This document shows positions 53,450-63,531 of a stretch of 64,000 nucleotides of DNA, one piece after another (within the stretch, counting starts at the first letter, position 1; each line of letters begins with the position of its first letter). Source of the stretch: an uncultured delta proteobacterium (GTDB lineage Bacteria; Myxococcota_A; Polyangia; Haliangiales; Haliangiaceae). The notes under the pieces are model-generated. The model was given only the letters and a program-made list of their open reading frames with translations. It was not told the DNA's origin and made no database searches. The DNA lies in assembly GCA_963848295.1 (NCBI GenBank), contig CAWKDB010000010.1, positions 2,464,001 through 2,528,000 of the forward strand, given 5' to 3'. Both the position numbers and the translations under genes were made by a program.

Positions 53450-54703
53450 ATGCTGTCTCGCGCACTCGCGATCGCAGTGAGTGCCGCCGCGTGTGGCTCG
53501 CGTCCACCGCCGGTGGACGAGCCGGCTCCGAGCCCGAGCACCGATCCGATCGCGCACACCGGCGAAGGTGGCTTGAGCCCGGACCTGATCGCGGCGGTCG
53601 GCGACGGCAAGCTGGTGATCGAGCCGGTGGCGTCGCTTCGCCTGACCGCCGCCGAGCAGCTCGTCGCACAACAACGGATCGCCGCGTGGGCGCGGGCGAG
53701 TGGCCTGACGATCCTGCCGCCCGCCACGGTCGAAGCCGCGATCGCTCGCGCCGCCGCGGGCCTCGATGCCGAGACGGGCAAGGCGTGCGGCCCGCCGATC
53801 GATCGCAGCTACGCGATGGACCGCTGGATCAAGCCGATGGGTGCGGCGGGCACGATCACGGCGCGGATCGACTGCGCCGCCGAGTGCACGATCCAGCTCG
53901 AGATCGAGATGTTCGGCAAGGGCACCGAGTTTTACTCGGCGGCGTTCGATCCGAGCCAACCGTGGCGCGCCGAGCTCGAACGCCGCTTGCCGCAGGTCAT
54001 CGACAACGGCGGACACGAGCGCTTCGGTCACGCGAACAATCCGATCTCGATCCCGGGCGTCGTGCGCAAACCCGGCTCGAGCGACTGGTACCTCGAGGGT
54101 GACGTCAACCCGATCGCGGTAGCCGAGGCCGACCGCCAAGCGTGTGGCATGGCCGATCGCCTCGTCGCCCTGATGCTCGTGCGCGATCCGACCGGCGCGA
54201 CGCGGTGCGAGCCCGCGACGATGCCCGGGCTCATCACCGAATACTCGGCGAAGGTCAACGCTTGTATGTGCGCACTCTCGCTCGAGACCGAGCATCCAAC
54301 GATCGAGCGCAGCTACGTCGAGTATGCGGCGGTGATCGGACCCGCGGCGAGCGTGAAGACCCGCAACGGCAAGGACATCTCCGCGACCCTCATCGGCGGC
54401 AACGAAGATCGGCCCGACGGCACCGCCCCGTGGTTCTTGCGCGACAACGACTCGATCGCGCACTGCTTCGTCGCGCGCACCGAAGACATCGAGACCGAGA
54501 TCGCCGCCACGCTCGAGCTCGACGCGAACGGCGCGGTCGCCAAGACGATCATCGGCGACCCGAGCGGCGTGCTCACCGCCGACGAGCGCGCGTGCATCAC
54601 GAAGAAGTTGGTGACGATCCAGTCGCCATGCCCTGCGGGCCCACCGCGACACGGCGAGGTTCGGATCGCGTTGGCGATCCACGCGCCGGACGACGCGAAG
54701 TAG
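53450..54703 (+). CDS. Hypothetical lipoprotein with C-terminal AgmX/PglI (TonB-C-like) domain
   Basis: Lipobox AAAC; SIAHCF...LELDANGAV...RACITKKL...P pattern. Confidence 0.55.
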   Translation: MLSRALAIAVSAAACGSRPPPVDEPAPSPSTDPIAHTGEGGLSPDLIAAVGDGKLVIEPVASLRLTAAEQLVAQQRIAAWARASGLTILPPATVEAAIARAAAGLDAETGKACGPPIDRSYAMDRWIKPMGAAGTITARIDCAAECTIQLEIEMFGKGTEFYSAAFDPSQPWRAELERRLPQVIDNGGHERFGHANNPISIPGVVRKPGSSDWYLEGDVNPIAVAEADRQACGMADRLVALMLVRDPTGATRCEPATMPGLITEYSAKVNACMCALSLETEHPTIERSYVEYAAVIGPAASVKTRNGKDISATLIGGNEDRPDGTAPWFLRDNDSIAHCFVARTEDIETEIAATLELDANGAVAKTIIGDPSGVLTADERACITKKLVTIQSPCPAGPPRHGEVRIALAIHAPDDAK

Positions 54704-54794
54704 CGGGGCCGTCCCGTAAACGGGGGGCCCTCCGCCCGAGGTCTCGGCCGTCCTCGCTGCGCCGGACAGTCGATCGATCGGTCGGCGTCGGGGC

Positions 54795-54837
54795 AAAATA
54801 AAACCGCCGATGCGCGGGTTGAGGCGCGCATCGGCGG
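54795..54837 (-). terminator. Intrinsic terminator for the 54919-55149 gene
   Basis: 13-bp perfect stem ccgccgatgcgcg / cgcgcatcggcgg followed on the minus strand by ttttatttt. Confidence 0.8.
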
Positions 54838-54918
54838 GACCCGCACACGTCGTGCGGGGGTCTTGTGGCGGCCGGCTCGCGCGGGTGGATGAGAGTCGCG
54901 GCTGCCGTTATGAGCGTT

Positions 54919-55149
54919 CTATGACTTCGAGGACTCGAGCCACTTGTCGAGCTTGAGCCGGACGGTGTCGTTCACTCTGTCCCAACCATCTTTGAGATGA
55001 ACCTCGAGCTCGTCGAGCTTCGCCTTCATCTTGGCGCGCGCGGCGATCGCATCCTTGCGCGCATCGGCCTTTGCACGATCGTAGGCGACGAGCAGCTCGT
55101 GCTTCCTCACTTCGACCCGATCTCGCAGCTCGTCGCTCGCGTTCATCAT
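54919..55149 (-). CDS. Small helical hypothetical protein
   Basis: MMNASDELRDRVEVRKHELL...LKDGWDRV...LDKWLE; has its own sigma54-like promoter and terminator. Confidence 0.7.
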   Translation of the reverse strand: MMNASDELRDRVEVRKHELLVAYDRAKADARKDAIAARAKMKAKLDELEVHLKDGWDRVNDTVRLKLDKWLESSKS

Positions 55150-55162
55150 GATCGAGGGACTC

Positions 55163-55178
55163 TGCATCCTCGATACCA
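55163..55178 (-). promoter_or_regulatory. Putative sigma54 promoter
   Basis: Minus strand TGGTATCGAGGATGCA (GG-N10-GC). Confidence 0.55.
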
Positions 55179-55273
55179 TCTTGAAATCACAAGGATCGTC
55201 GCGCGGCTCCGCCACAGCGAGCGCATCCGCACAGGTGGGAGTAGGGTCAGCTCAATGTTTTCGAGGGCTTTTC

Positions 55274-55289
55274 TGGCACCTCGACTGCA
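55274..55289 (+). promoter_or_regulatory. Putative sigma54 promoter (no immediate CDS)
   Basis: TGGCACCTCGACTGCA. Confidence 0.55.
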
Positions 55290-55414
55290 CAGGAAGCACG
55301 CGTGCGTTTATCCATCGAGCTCGATCAGCGGCGGACGCGCACGGTGCGCGTGGGCTCGTTGTCATGTGGGCTCGATCGCGACTCGCTCGCTCCGGTACGA
55401 GCGCTAGCGAGCCG

Positions 55415-55430
55415 TGGCACATCGAGTGCA
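55415..55430 (+). promoter_or_regulatory. Putative sigma54 promoter of DUF1328-bEBP-kinase genes
   Basis: TGGCACATCGAGTGCA; AAGGAG RBS at 55450-55455. Confidence 0.7.
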
Positions 55431-55461
55431 CTGCTCCTCTGCATCAGCAAAGGAGTCGATC

Positions 55462-55629
55462 ATGTTCTCATGGGCCATCGCATTTTTTGTCATCGCTCTC
55501 GTGTCCGCGTTCTTCGGGTTCTTCGGACTCGCGGCAAGCGCGGCAGGCATCGCGAAGGTCATCTTCGTGGTGGCACTCATCATGGCGATCATCAGCTTCA
55601 TCGCTGGTCGTCGTCCTCCGGCAGTCTAA
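55462..55629 (+). CDS. DUF1328 (UPF0391/YtjA-like) small membrane protein
   Basis: MFSWAIAFFVIALVSAFFGFFGLAASAAGIAKVIFVVALIMAIISFIAGRR. Confidence 0.92.
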   Translation: MFSWAIAFFVIALVSAFFGFFGLAASAAGIAKVIFVVALIMAIISFIAGRRPPAV

Positions 55630-55648
55630 TCTAACAGGGAGATGCGCG

Positions 55649-57088
<1,440 letters not shown>

Positions 57089-57099
57089 CCGAGAGCTTG

Positions 57100-58197
57100 A
57101 TGGCCAAAGCGATCCAGTTGTTGGTGGTCGACCGCAACGCGAGCTCGCGCGCGGCGTTGCGGCGTGCTCTCGACGACAGCGGCATCGCGGCAACGACCGA
57201 TGAAGCAGACGACCCGGCGATCGCGTTCGCGCGCACGCAGCAAGCGCCGTACGACTGCATCCTCGTCGACCAGGAGGTGCCGGGGATCGACTTCGTCGAG
57301 CGCTTGCGCGCCGCGGGAAGCCGCACGCCGATCGTGTTCGTCGTCGGTCATCGCGACGAGGACACTCTGCAAGCCGCGGTCGTAGCCGGCGTCACCGACT
57401 TCGTGCTCAAGCAGGACCTCTCCCCGCGTCGGCTGCGGCTGCGGATCGGGTTCGCGATTCGCACCGGGTTCGCCGAGGCCGAAGCGAGCCGTTCGCTCGC
57501 CGCTGCGAACGTCGCCGCACGAGCGCGCGACGAGGTGCTCGCGGTCGTGTCGCACGACCTGCGCGGGCCCTTGCACGCGATCGGGCTCGCGGTCGAGGCG
57601 CTGCGAGACGAGGTCACGCCGGCGGGAATCCGCCTCCTCGGTGCCATCGAGCGGTCCGCCGAGCGCGCCGAGCGCCTGATCGCCGACTTGCTGGAAGCGA
57701 GCGCGATCGAGAACGGTGCGCTCACGCTCACGCGCTCACCCGTCGACGCTCGATCGATCGTGCGGCAAGCCGCCGCGGACCACGAGCTCCTCGCGAAGGA
57801 GAGTGGCGGTCGGATCCTGGCCCACGTCCCCGACGAGCCGATCGTCGTCGCCGCCGACCGCGATCGCGTGTTGCAGGTGCTCGGCAACTTGATCGGCAAC
57901 GCACTCAAGCATGCGCGCGGTAGCCCGATCGATCTGTCGGTCGCGAGCGACCGCGGCGAGGCGCGGATCTCGGTGCGCGACGGAGGTCCCGGCATCGGCG
58001 AGCAAGAGCTGCCGTTCGTGTTCGATCGCTACTGGCACGGCCGCACGCGCAAAGCTGGGGCTGGCCTCGGGCTCGCGATCGCGAAGGGCATCGTCGACGC
58101 GCACGGTGGCCGGCTCTCGGTCGCGAGTCGCACCGGCGAAGGCACCGAGTTCACGTTCACCTTGCCCGTGTCCGGAACCGCTCGAGCCGGTCCTTGA
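57100..58197 (+). CDS. Cytoplasmic hybrid histidine kinase (REC-HisKA-HATPase)
   Basis: REC (CILVDQ), VSHDLRGPL, NLIGNALK, DGGPGI, GAGLGLAIAKGIV. Confidence 0.93.
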   Translation: MAKAIQLLVVDRNASSRAALRRALDDSGIAATTDEADDPAIAFARTQQAPYDCILVDQEVPGIDFVERLRAAGSRTPIVFVVGHRDEDTLQAAVVAGVTDFVLKQDLSPRRLRLRIGFAIRTGFAEAEASRSLAAANVAARARDEVLAVVSHDLRGPLHAIGLAVEALRDEVTPAGIRLLGAIERSAERAERLIADLLEASAIENGALTLTRSPVDARSIVRQAAADHELLAKESGGRILAHVPDEPIVVAADRDRVLQVLGNLIGNALKHARGSPIDLSVASDRGEARISVRDGGPGIGEQELPFVFDRYWHGRTRKAGAGLGLAIAKGIVDAHGGRLSVASRTGEGTEFTFTLPVSGTARAGP

Positions 58198-59023
58198 CCT
58201 CGACCGCGGTCGGCCGGCGCTCCGGCCGTTTCTCGAGCATTCGCTCGACGAGCTCGATCACCCCGATCGGCACGTAGGGACAGCGCGGCGCCAGCGCCGG
58301 CACCGGGTCGTTGATGTGCTTGACGAGGATCTCGACCGGCCCGTCGCCGAGGAACGGCGCGCGCCGCGCCAAGCCTTGATAGGCGATGACCCCGAGCGCA
58401 TAGATGTCGCTCAGCGGGTCGTCGCAATGAACGCCGCGCGCGTGCTCGGGTGCCATGTACGTGGGTGTCCCGATGACCTCGTCGGCATTCGTGTAGCGCG
58501 CGCCATCGCGCGGGCGCGCGATGCCCCAGTCGACGACGTGGACCCCATCGGGCGCGAGCACGATATTGTCGGGCTTGACGTCGCGATGCACGATCTCGTG
58601 CGAGTGCGCCGCGGCGAGGACATCGGCGACCTCCGAGATCGTCGCGATGATCTCCTCGGGCATCAGCGGCGGTCCTTGGTAGCGCGTCGTCAGCGACGGG
58701 CCGGAGATCAACTCCATCGCGATCCACGGACGATGATCCGCGAGGATCCCGCAATCGAAGAACTGAGGGACCCCAGCGTGCGACACCATCGCCAGGATCC
58801 GCGCTTCGCGCACCATGCGCGCGGCCGATTGCTCGTTCATGAGTTGTTCGGCTCGCAGGATCTTCACCGCGGCGACGCGATCGTCGTCGACATGATGCGC
58901 CCGATAAACCCAACCCATGCCGCCGCTGCCGAGCAACGCGGCCAGGCGATACGGGCCGACGAGCGCACCGAGATCGGGCGCCTGCGCCGCAGCGAGCGCG
59001 TGTGCGTACCCCTCAGGAACCAT
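58157..59023 (-). CDS. Stand-alone cytoplasmic Ser/Thr kinase
   Basis: LGSGGMGWVY, AAVK, HRDVKPDN, DWGIA, GTPTYMAPE; 3' end overlaps the convergent HK gene by 41 bp. Confidence 0.92.
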   Translation of the reverse strand: MVPEGYAHALAAAQAPDLGALVGPYRLAALLGSGGMGWVYRAHHVDDDRVAAVKILRAEQLMNEQSAARMVREARILAMVSHAGVPQFFDCGILADHRPWIAMELISGPSLTTRYQGPPLMPEEIIATISEVADVLAAAHSHEIVHRDVKPDNIVLAPDGVHVVDWGIARPRDGARYTNADEVIGTPTYMAPEHARGVHCDDPLSDIYALGVIAYQGLARRAPFLGDGPVEILVKHINDPVPALAPRCPYVPIGVIELVERMLEKRPERRPTAVEVKDRLERFRTRAR

Positions 59024-59040
59024 GGCTGCCGGATCTAGAC

Positions 59041-59088
59041 AGCACACGACGTGCCATCGCGCGGCTGGCGGCCGGCCCGACGCGTGCA
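59041..59088. promoter_or_regulatory. Back-to-back divergent sigma54-like promoters
   Basis: Minus strand TGGCACGTCGTGTGCT (59056-59041); plus strand CGGCCCGACGCGTGCA (59073-59088). Confidence 0.6.
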
Positions 59089-59101
59089 CTGTCGGTCGGA
59101 C

Positions 59102-60223
59102 ATGTTCGGACTAGATCTCTACGAAATCACGACCCAGTCGATGGTTGGTCCGTATCGCATCATCAAGGAGCTCGGACGCGGCGGAATGGCAACGGTCTAC
59201 GAGGCACACCATGTCATGTTGCCTCGGCGCGCCGCGCTCAAGGTCATGCATGCGGAGCTGAGGCATCAACCCGGCAACGCGACGCGCCTCGTCCAGGAAG
59301 CCGCGATCCTCGAGGAGGTTCGTCATCCCGGCATCGTCCAGGTCTATGACTGTGGGCTGTTGCCCGACCGTCGCCCATGGGTCGCGATGGAGCTCATCGC
59401 CGCCGAGTCCTTGGGTGCAAGGATCGCGCGTGAGGGCTCGTTGTCGCCGCGCGCTGTCGCTACTCTGCTCGCCAACGTCGCGGAGGTGCTCGCGCCGGTG
59501 CACGCGCGCGGGATCATTCACCGCGACCTCAAGCCCGACAACATCTTGATGCTCGATCAACCCGACGGCTTTCCGATCCGGCTGATCGATTGGGGCGTCG
59601 CGAAGCTGCGCTCGTTCACGCGTCTGACGCTCGATGGCATGACCCCGGGAACGCCGGTGTACATGGCGCCGGAGCAAGCGGCCGGACGCGAGCTCGGCTC
59701 GTCGTGCGACATCTACGGGCTAGGCGTCGTCGCCTACGAAGCGCTGACCGGTCAGCCGCCGTTCGACGGACGCTCGCTCGCCGAGGTCGTGTGCTTGCAC
59801 CTGACGCGCGCTCCGGCGCCGCTGCGCGAGCAGTGTCTCGCTCCCGCGTCGCTCTGCGGCCTCGTCCATCGCATGCTCGACAAGAATCCGGCGCGTCGCC
59901 CGACCGCGACCGAGGTGCTGCGACTCGCTCGCGAGCTCGCGGACGAGCTTGCCCAGCCTGCCGACGAGGTCGAGCCATGCGAGGTCGTCGAGATCGATGT
60001 CGACGACTTCGGCGCGCTCTGCGACGACGATGAGGAGTACGTCGTCGAGGTCACGCCGACGACGTCGCTCGGGATGACGCCGATCCTGCGAGCACCGCGA
60101 TGGACTCCCGAGGTCGCGTTCACTGCGGTGAGCCCAGGGCCGACCGCGCGCCTCCGCCCGATCACGCCGCGCGGCGCACGCGATCAGGTCTCGGGTGAGA
60201 TCACGTCGCGGCATCGTTCGTGA
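59102..60223 (+). CDS. Cytoplasmic Ser/Thr kinase with acidic C-terminal tail
   Basis: LGRGGMATVY, AALK, HRDLKPDN, DWGVAK, GTPVYMAPE; tail EIDVDDFGALCDDDEEY. Confidence 0.93.
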   Translation: MFGLDLYEITTQSMVGPYRIIKELGRGGMATVYEAHHVMLPRRAALKVMHAELRHQPGNATRLVQEAAILEEVRHPGIVQVYDCGLLPDRRPWVAMELIAAESLGARIAREGSLSPRAVATLLANVAEVLAPVHARGIIHRDLKPDNILMLDQPDGFPIRLIDWGVAKLRSFTRLTLDGMTPGTPVYMAPEQAAGRELGSSCDIYGLGVVAYEALTGQPPFDGRSLAEVVCLHLTRAPAPLREQCLAPASLCGLVHRMLDKNPARRPTATEVLRLARELADELAQPADEVEPCEVVEIDVDDFGALCDDDEEYVVEVTPTTSLGMTPILRAPRWTPEVAFTAVSPGPTARLRPITPRGARDQVSGEITSRHRS

Positions 60224-60230
60224 CACCGCG

Positions 60231-60246
60231 CGGCATGCGCATTGCT
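60231..60246 (+). promoter_or_regulatory. Putative sigma54 promoter
   Basis: CGGCATGCGCATTGCT; AAGGAG RBS downstream. Confidence 0.65.
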
Positions 60247-60272
60247 AGAGATGAGTCGTAAGGAGACTCGTC

Positions 60273-60539
60273 ATGGCCACTGCGAAGAACAATCATAGGG
60301 CGGCGGACTTCGACGCTCGGCTCGATGATCTCAAATCGAGCCTGCGCGGTCTCGTCGATTTCGGCACGGAGCGCGCCGGCGCGTTGAAGCACAAGATCAC
60401 CGATGCCGGCGGTTCGGTCAGCTCGGGCGCGAGTGCGGCGATCGGCCGCCTCCGCGGTGTGATCGCGGCGCACCCGTTCGCTGCGGTCGGTGCCGCGTTC
60501 GGCATCGGCTACATCGCGATGCGCATCGTTCGCCGTTAG
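60273..60539 (+). CDS. DUF883/ElaB/YqjD-like tail-anchored protein
   Basis: Amphipathic helical N-terminus; C-terminal IAAHPFAAVGAAFGIGYIAMRIVRR. Confidence 0.8.
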   Translation: MATAKNNHRAADFDARLDDLKSSLRGLVDFGTERAGALKHKITDAGGSVSSGASAAIGRLRGVIAAHPFAAVGAAFGIGYIAMRIVRR

Positions 60540-60544
60540 GACCG

Positions 60545-61270
60545 CTAGCGCCGCTTGCCGATCATGTAGCAACGGCGCGTCGGGAGCTCGTTCGCATTGA
60601 GCGGCTCGCGGACGAGCGCGGCCATCACCTCGAAGTTCGCCCGCGTCATCTCTTCGGCCGCGTCATCGATGCCGATGAAGTGGACGTCGAGATCGACCTT
60701 GTAACCGAACCATTTGTCGAGGTGATAGGCGCTGCCCGGCGGCAGATCCTGCGCGGATACGTAGAACCCGTGCATCACGAAGCCGCCCGGGCGCACCACG
60801 CGGGCGAGCTCGCGATAGGCACGCGCTCGTTCCTCGGCGGTACAGTGCAGCGTCGCGTACAGCGAGATCGCGCCGGCCCACAACCCGGTGGTCATCGGCA
60901 GCTCGAACATCGATCCGAGCTGGAACTTGCCTTCGGGAAAGCGCAGCTTCGCCTGCGCGATCATCGCCGCCGACAAGTCGATTCCGGTCACCGCCATCCC
61001 GAGCGACGCGAGGTGCTTCGCGATGTGGCCCGGCCCGCAGCCGACATCGCCGACCGGTCCATCGCCGGCGCCGCGCACGAGCTCGGCGAACGCTTGGAAC
61101 ATCCCGCGTTCGAACGGACGCGCGACCATGTCGTCGGCGAGGTCGCGCGAGTACATCTCGGCGACGACGTCGTAGGTCGTGCGGATCTTGTCGATGCTGC
61201 GCCAGTCCGAGACGTGCGTCTCGTCGTCCGCGACGTCCGTGTCGCCGTCGACGATCGTCGTCTGGCTCAT
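60545..61270 (-). CDS. Class I SAM-dependent methyltransferase
   Basis: VGDVGCGPG, GIDLSAAMIAQA, LARVVRPGG. Confidence 0.92.
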   Translation of the reverse strand: MSQTTIVDGDTDVADDETHVSDWRSIDKIRTTYDVVAEMYSRDLADDMVARPFERGMFQAFAELVRGAGDGPVGDVGCGPGHIAKHLASLGMAVTGIDLSAAMIAQAKLRFPEGKFQLGSMFELPMTTGLWAGAISLYATLHCTAEERARAYRELARVVRPGGFVMHGFYVSAQDLPPGSAYHLDKWFGYKVDLDVHFIGIDDAAEEMTRANFEVMAALVREPLNANELPTRRCYMIGKRR

Positions 61271-61341
61271 CCGACCTTCCACCGTGTGATGCTTCACGCG
61301 TGAAATGTGGCACGAAACGGATGAGGCGATGCGCCACGCCA

Positions 61342-61357
61342 CGGCGCTATGATTGCA
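61342..61357 (+). promoter_or_regulatory. Putative sigma54 promoter
   Basis: CGGCGCTATGATTGCA, about 20 nt before the ATG at 61377. Confidence 0.55.
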
Positions 61358-61376
61358 GCGAAGGCGTTACATCGCG

Positions 61377-62033
61377 ATGCCCCCAGAGCACGTCACGTCG
61401 TTTCGAACGAGCTACCTCGCGGACGAAGTGGGCCCTAACTACAACGGGTGGCTGCACTTCGCGGTGACCACGATCGGGTCGCTCGCCGCGGTCGGTTTCG
61501 CGATCTCGCGCGTCCGCTCGCCGTCGTGGGCCGAGCTCGCGGCCGTGCCGGTGTTCTTCCTGATCGCGAATCTCGCCGAATACTTCGGCCATCGCGGCCC
61601 GATGCATCATCGCCGCCCGGGCTTGATGGCGATCTTCGAGCGCCACACGCTGCAACATCATCAGTACTACACGCACGATGCGATGGCCGCCGACTCACCG
61701 CGCGACTTCAAGATGGTGCTGTTCCCGCCGATCATGCTCGCGTTCTTCCTCGGGTTGATGGCGGCGCCGATCGGGATCGTGCTGGGGCTGGTATTCTCGC
61801 CGAATCTCGGCTGGCTGTTCGTGGCGACCGGCGTCGGCTACTTCCTGACCTACGAGTGGCTGCACTTCTCGTATCACCAGCCGGTCGACAGCTGGATCGG
61901 CCGGCTCGCCCTCGTCCGCCGGCTGCGCCGCCACCACACGATCCACCACGACCTCGAGCGGATGGCGAAGACGAACTTCAACATCACGTTCCCGATCGCG
62001 GATACGGTGTTCGGCACGAATGCGCGCGACTAG
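61377..62033 (+). CDS. Fatty acid hydroxylase / sterol desaturase family protein
   Basis: His boxes EYFGHRGPMHH, HTLQHH, YEWLHFSYH, RRHHTIHH; NFNITFP. Confidence 0.88.
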   Translation: MPPEHVTSFRTSYLADEVGPNYNGWLHFAVTTIGSLAAVGFAISRVRSPSWAELAAVPVFFLIANLAEYFGHRGPMHHRRPGLMAIFERHTLQHHQYYTHDAMAADSPRDFKMVLFPPIMLAFFLGLMAAPIGIVLGLVFSPNLGWLFVATGVGYFLTYEWLHFSYHQPVDSWIGRLALVRRLRRHHTIHHDLERMAKTNFNITFPIADTVFGTNARD

Positions 62034-63531
62034 CCTGGCCCCTGTGATCGCCATCGCGCTCGGCTGCGAGAAGCAGGAGCTGCCGCAGCCGCCGCCGCTG
62101 CCCCCGATCGCGATTCGTATCGGCGATTGCGCGAGCGCGAACGTCGCGTGGATCTCGGGCCCGCGACCGATGGCGTTCACGCTCGCGCAAGCCGAGGGCC
62201 ATTGGCCCGGCGCAGAGGTCGCCGCGCCGAGCACCGTGCCGGATCATCCGCCGCCACCTCCGCGCGCCGGTGGCAAGCACGACCATCGCATCGCGCTGTT
62301 CGAGGACAAGAATCGCAAGGTCCTCGACAAGCTCCTCAGCAGCGATCTCGACCTGGGGAAGCTCACCGCCGCCGGTGCGCTCGGCCCAGGCACCGGCGTC
62401 GGCACCGGCACTCTGCGCGGTCGCGGCGGCGCTGGCAGCGCCGTCGCTTTCGCCGACCTGCTCGCGGCGGACCCGCCCGAGCCCGGGTCGCTCGCCGGCG
62501 GTTACTGGTTCGGGGCCTCATCGCAAACCCCGTCCGTACGCAGTGGACTCGGCGAGGCGCTTGCGGATCGCCCCGGCTTATTTCGACCGCGCAACGCTGG
62601 TTTGCAAAGCCCCGCGCGCTACGTGCCAGGCGCCGCGAACCCGCTCGCCGCGCACGCCGCCGGGCTGGGCGATTGCCTGCACCGCAGCTCGGCGAGCTAT
62701 GGCGCGTTCATCGTCGAGCTCGCGTTCGATCCGACCGGTGCAGGCACGACCGCGAGGACGCTCGGGCTCGGCGACAAATCCGCGAGCTCCTGCGTGACCG
62801 AGCTCGCGAAGGCGATCCAGCGCCCCGCGAACGGCGGGCCGACCGAGCGCTGCTCCGTTGCGTTCGGCGCGATGCCGCTCGACGTCGCGCACCCGCTGAC
62901 GCTCGACGGACACGCGCTCGCGTTCGAACGCAAGCCGCTCGACTTCGATCAGTTGCGGACGACGCTCGAGACGCGCGTCGCAACCGCCGCGACGTTCGAG
63001 GCGGGCGTGGTCAACGGGCTGGCGCTGGAGCTATTCGGTCCGATCGTGCTCGAGCCGAACGATGCGACGCCGATGCAGTCGATCTATCGCGCGACGAACG
63101 CGATCCTCGACGCCGGAGATGACTTCGTGCTCGCGCGCCATGCCGCGACGTGGAAGCTGGTCGTGCCGCTCGAGCTCCCGGTCGTGCCCGTTCCATTCGG
63201 CACGGGTGCGCGCTGGAATCGGTTCAAGGCGTTGCCGCCGCCGGGCGCGAACGTCGGCGGCCGCACCGCCGTTGTCCTGACCGTGCAACCCCAGCAGATC
63301 ACGCTCGCGGTGGGCTCGAAGCAGACCGTGTTCGCGCGCGATGCGACGCTACACGACAAGCTCGCCGCCGCCTTGCGGGCGCTGAAAGCCAGCGACGAAT
63401 TCTCCGGCCGCGCCGATCTCGACCTCGCCGGCTCCGACGACGCGACCTATGCGGATCTGCTCACGCTCGTCGACCTGGCGACCGCCACCGGCTTCGTCGA
63501 CTGGCAACTCGTGCCGGCGCCAGCGAGCTGA
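62020..63531 (+). CDS. Lipoprotein with Gly-rich linker, AgmX/TonB-C-like and ExbD-like domains
   Basis: Lipobox ALGC; GTGVGTGTLRGRGG; LGDC...ELAFDPTG...SSCV; two ExbD-like segments (DATPMQSI; GSDDATYADLLTLVD). Confidence 0.55.
   Translation: MRATSLAPVIAIALGCEKQELPQPPPLPPIAIRIGDCASANVAWISGPRPMAFTLAQAEGHWPGAEVAAPSTVPDHPPPPPRAGGKHDHRIALFEDKNRKVLDKLLSSDLDLGKLTAAGALGPGTGVGTGTLRGRGGAGSAVAFADLLAADPPEPGSLAGGYWFGASSQTPSVRSGLGEALADRPGLFRPRNAGLQSPARYVPGAANPLAAHAAGLGDCLHRSSASYGAFIVELAFDPTGAGTTARTLGLGDKSASSCVTELAKAIQRPANGGPTERCSVAFGAMPLDVAHPLTLDGHALAFERKPLDFDQLRTTLETRVATAATFEAGVVNGLALELFGPIVLEPNDATPMQSIYRATNAILDAGDDFVLARHAATWKLVVPLELPVVPVPFGTGARWNRFKALPPPGANVGGRTAVVLTVQPQQITLAVGSKQTVFARDATLHDKLAAALRALKASDEFSGRADLDLAGSDDATYADLLTLVDLATATGFVDWQLVPAPAS

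Noticed and set aside
54704..54790. GC-rich hairpins as a tRNA or other ncRNA
   Set aside because: No cloverleaf or T-loop motif; adequately explained as terminator-region hairpins between convergent genes.
61308..61340. TGGCAC (plus) and TGGCGC (minus) near the methyltransferase start as sigma54 promoters
   Set aside because: No GC at the -12 position, so they were not counted.
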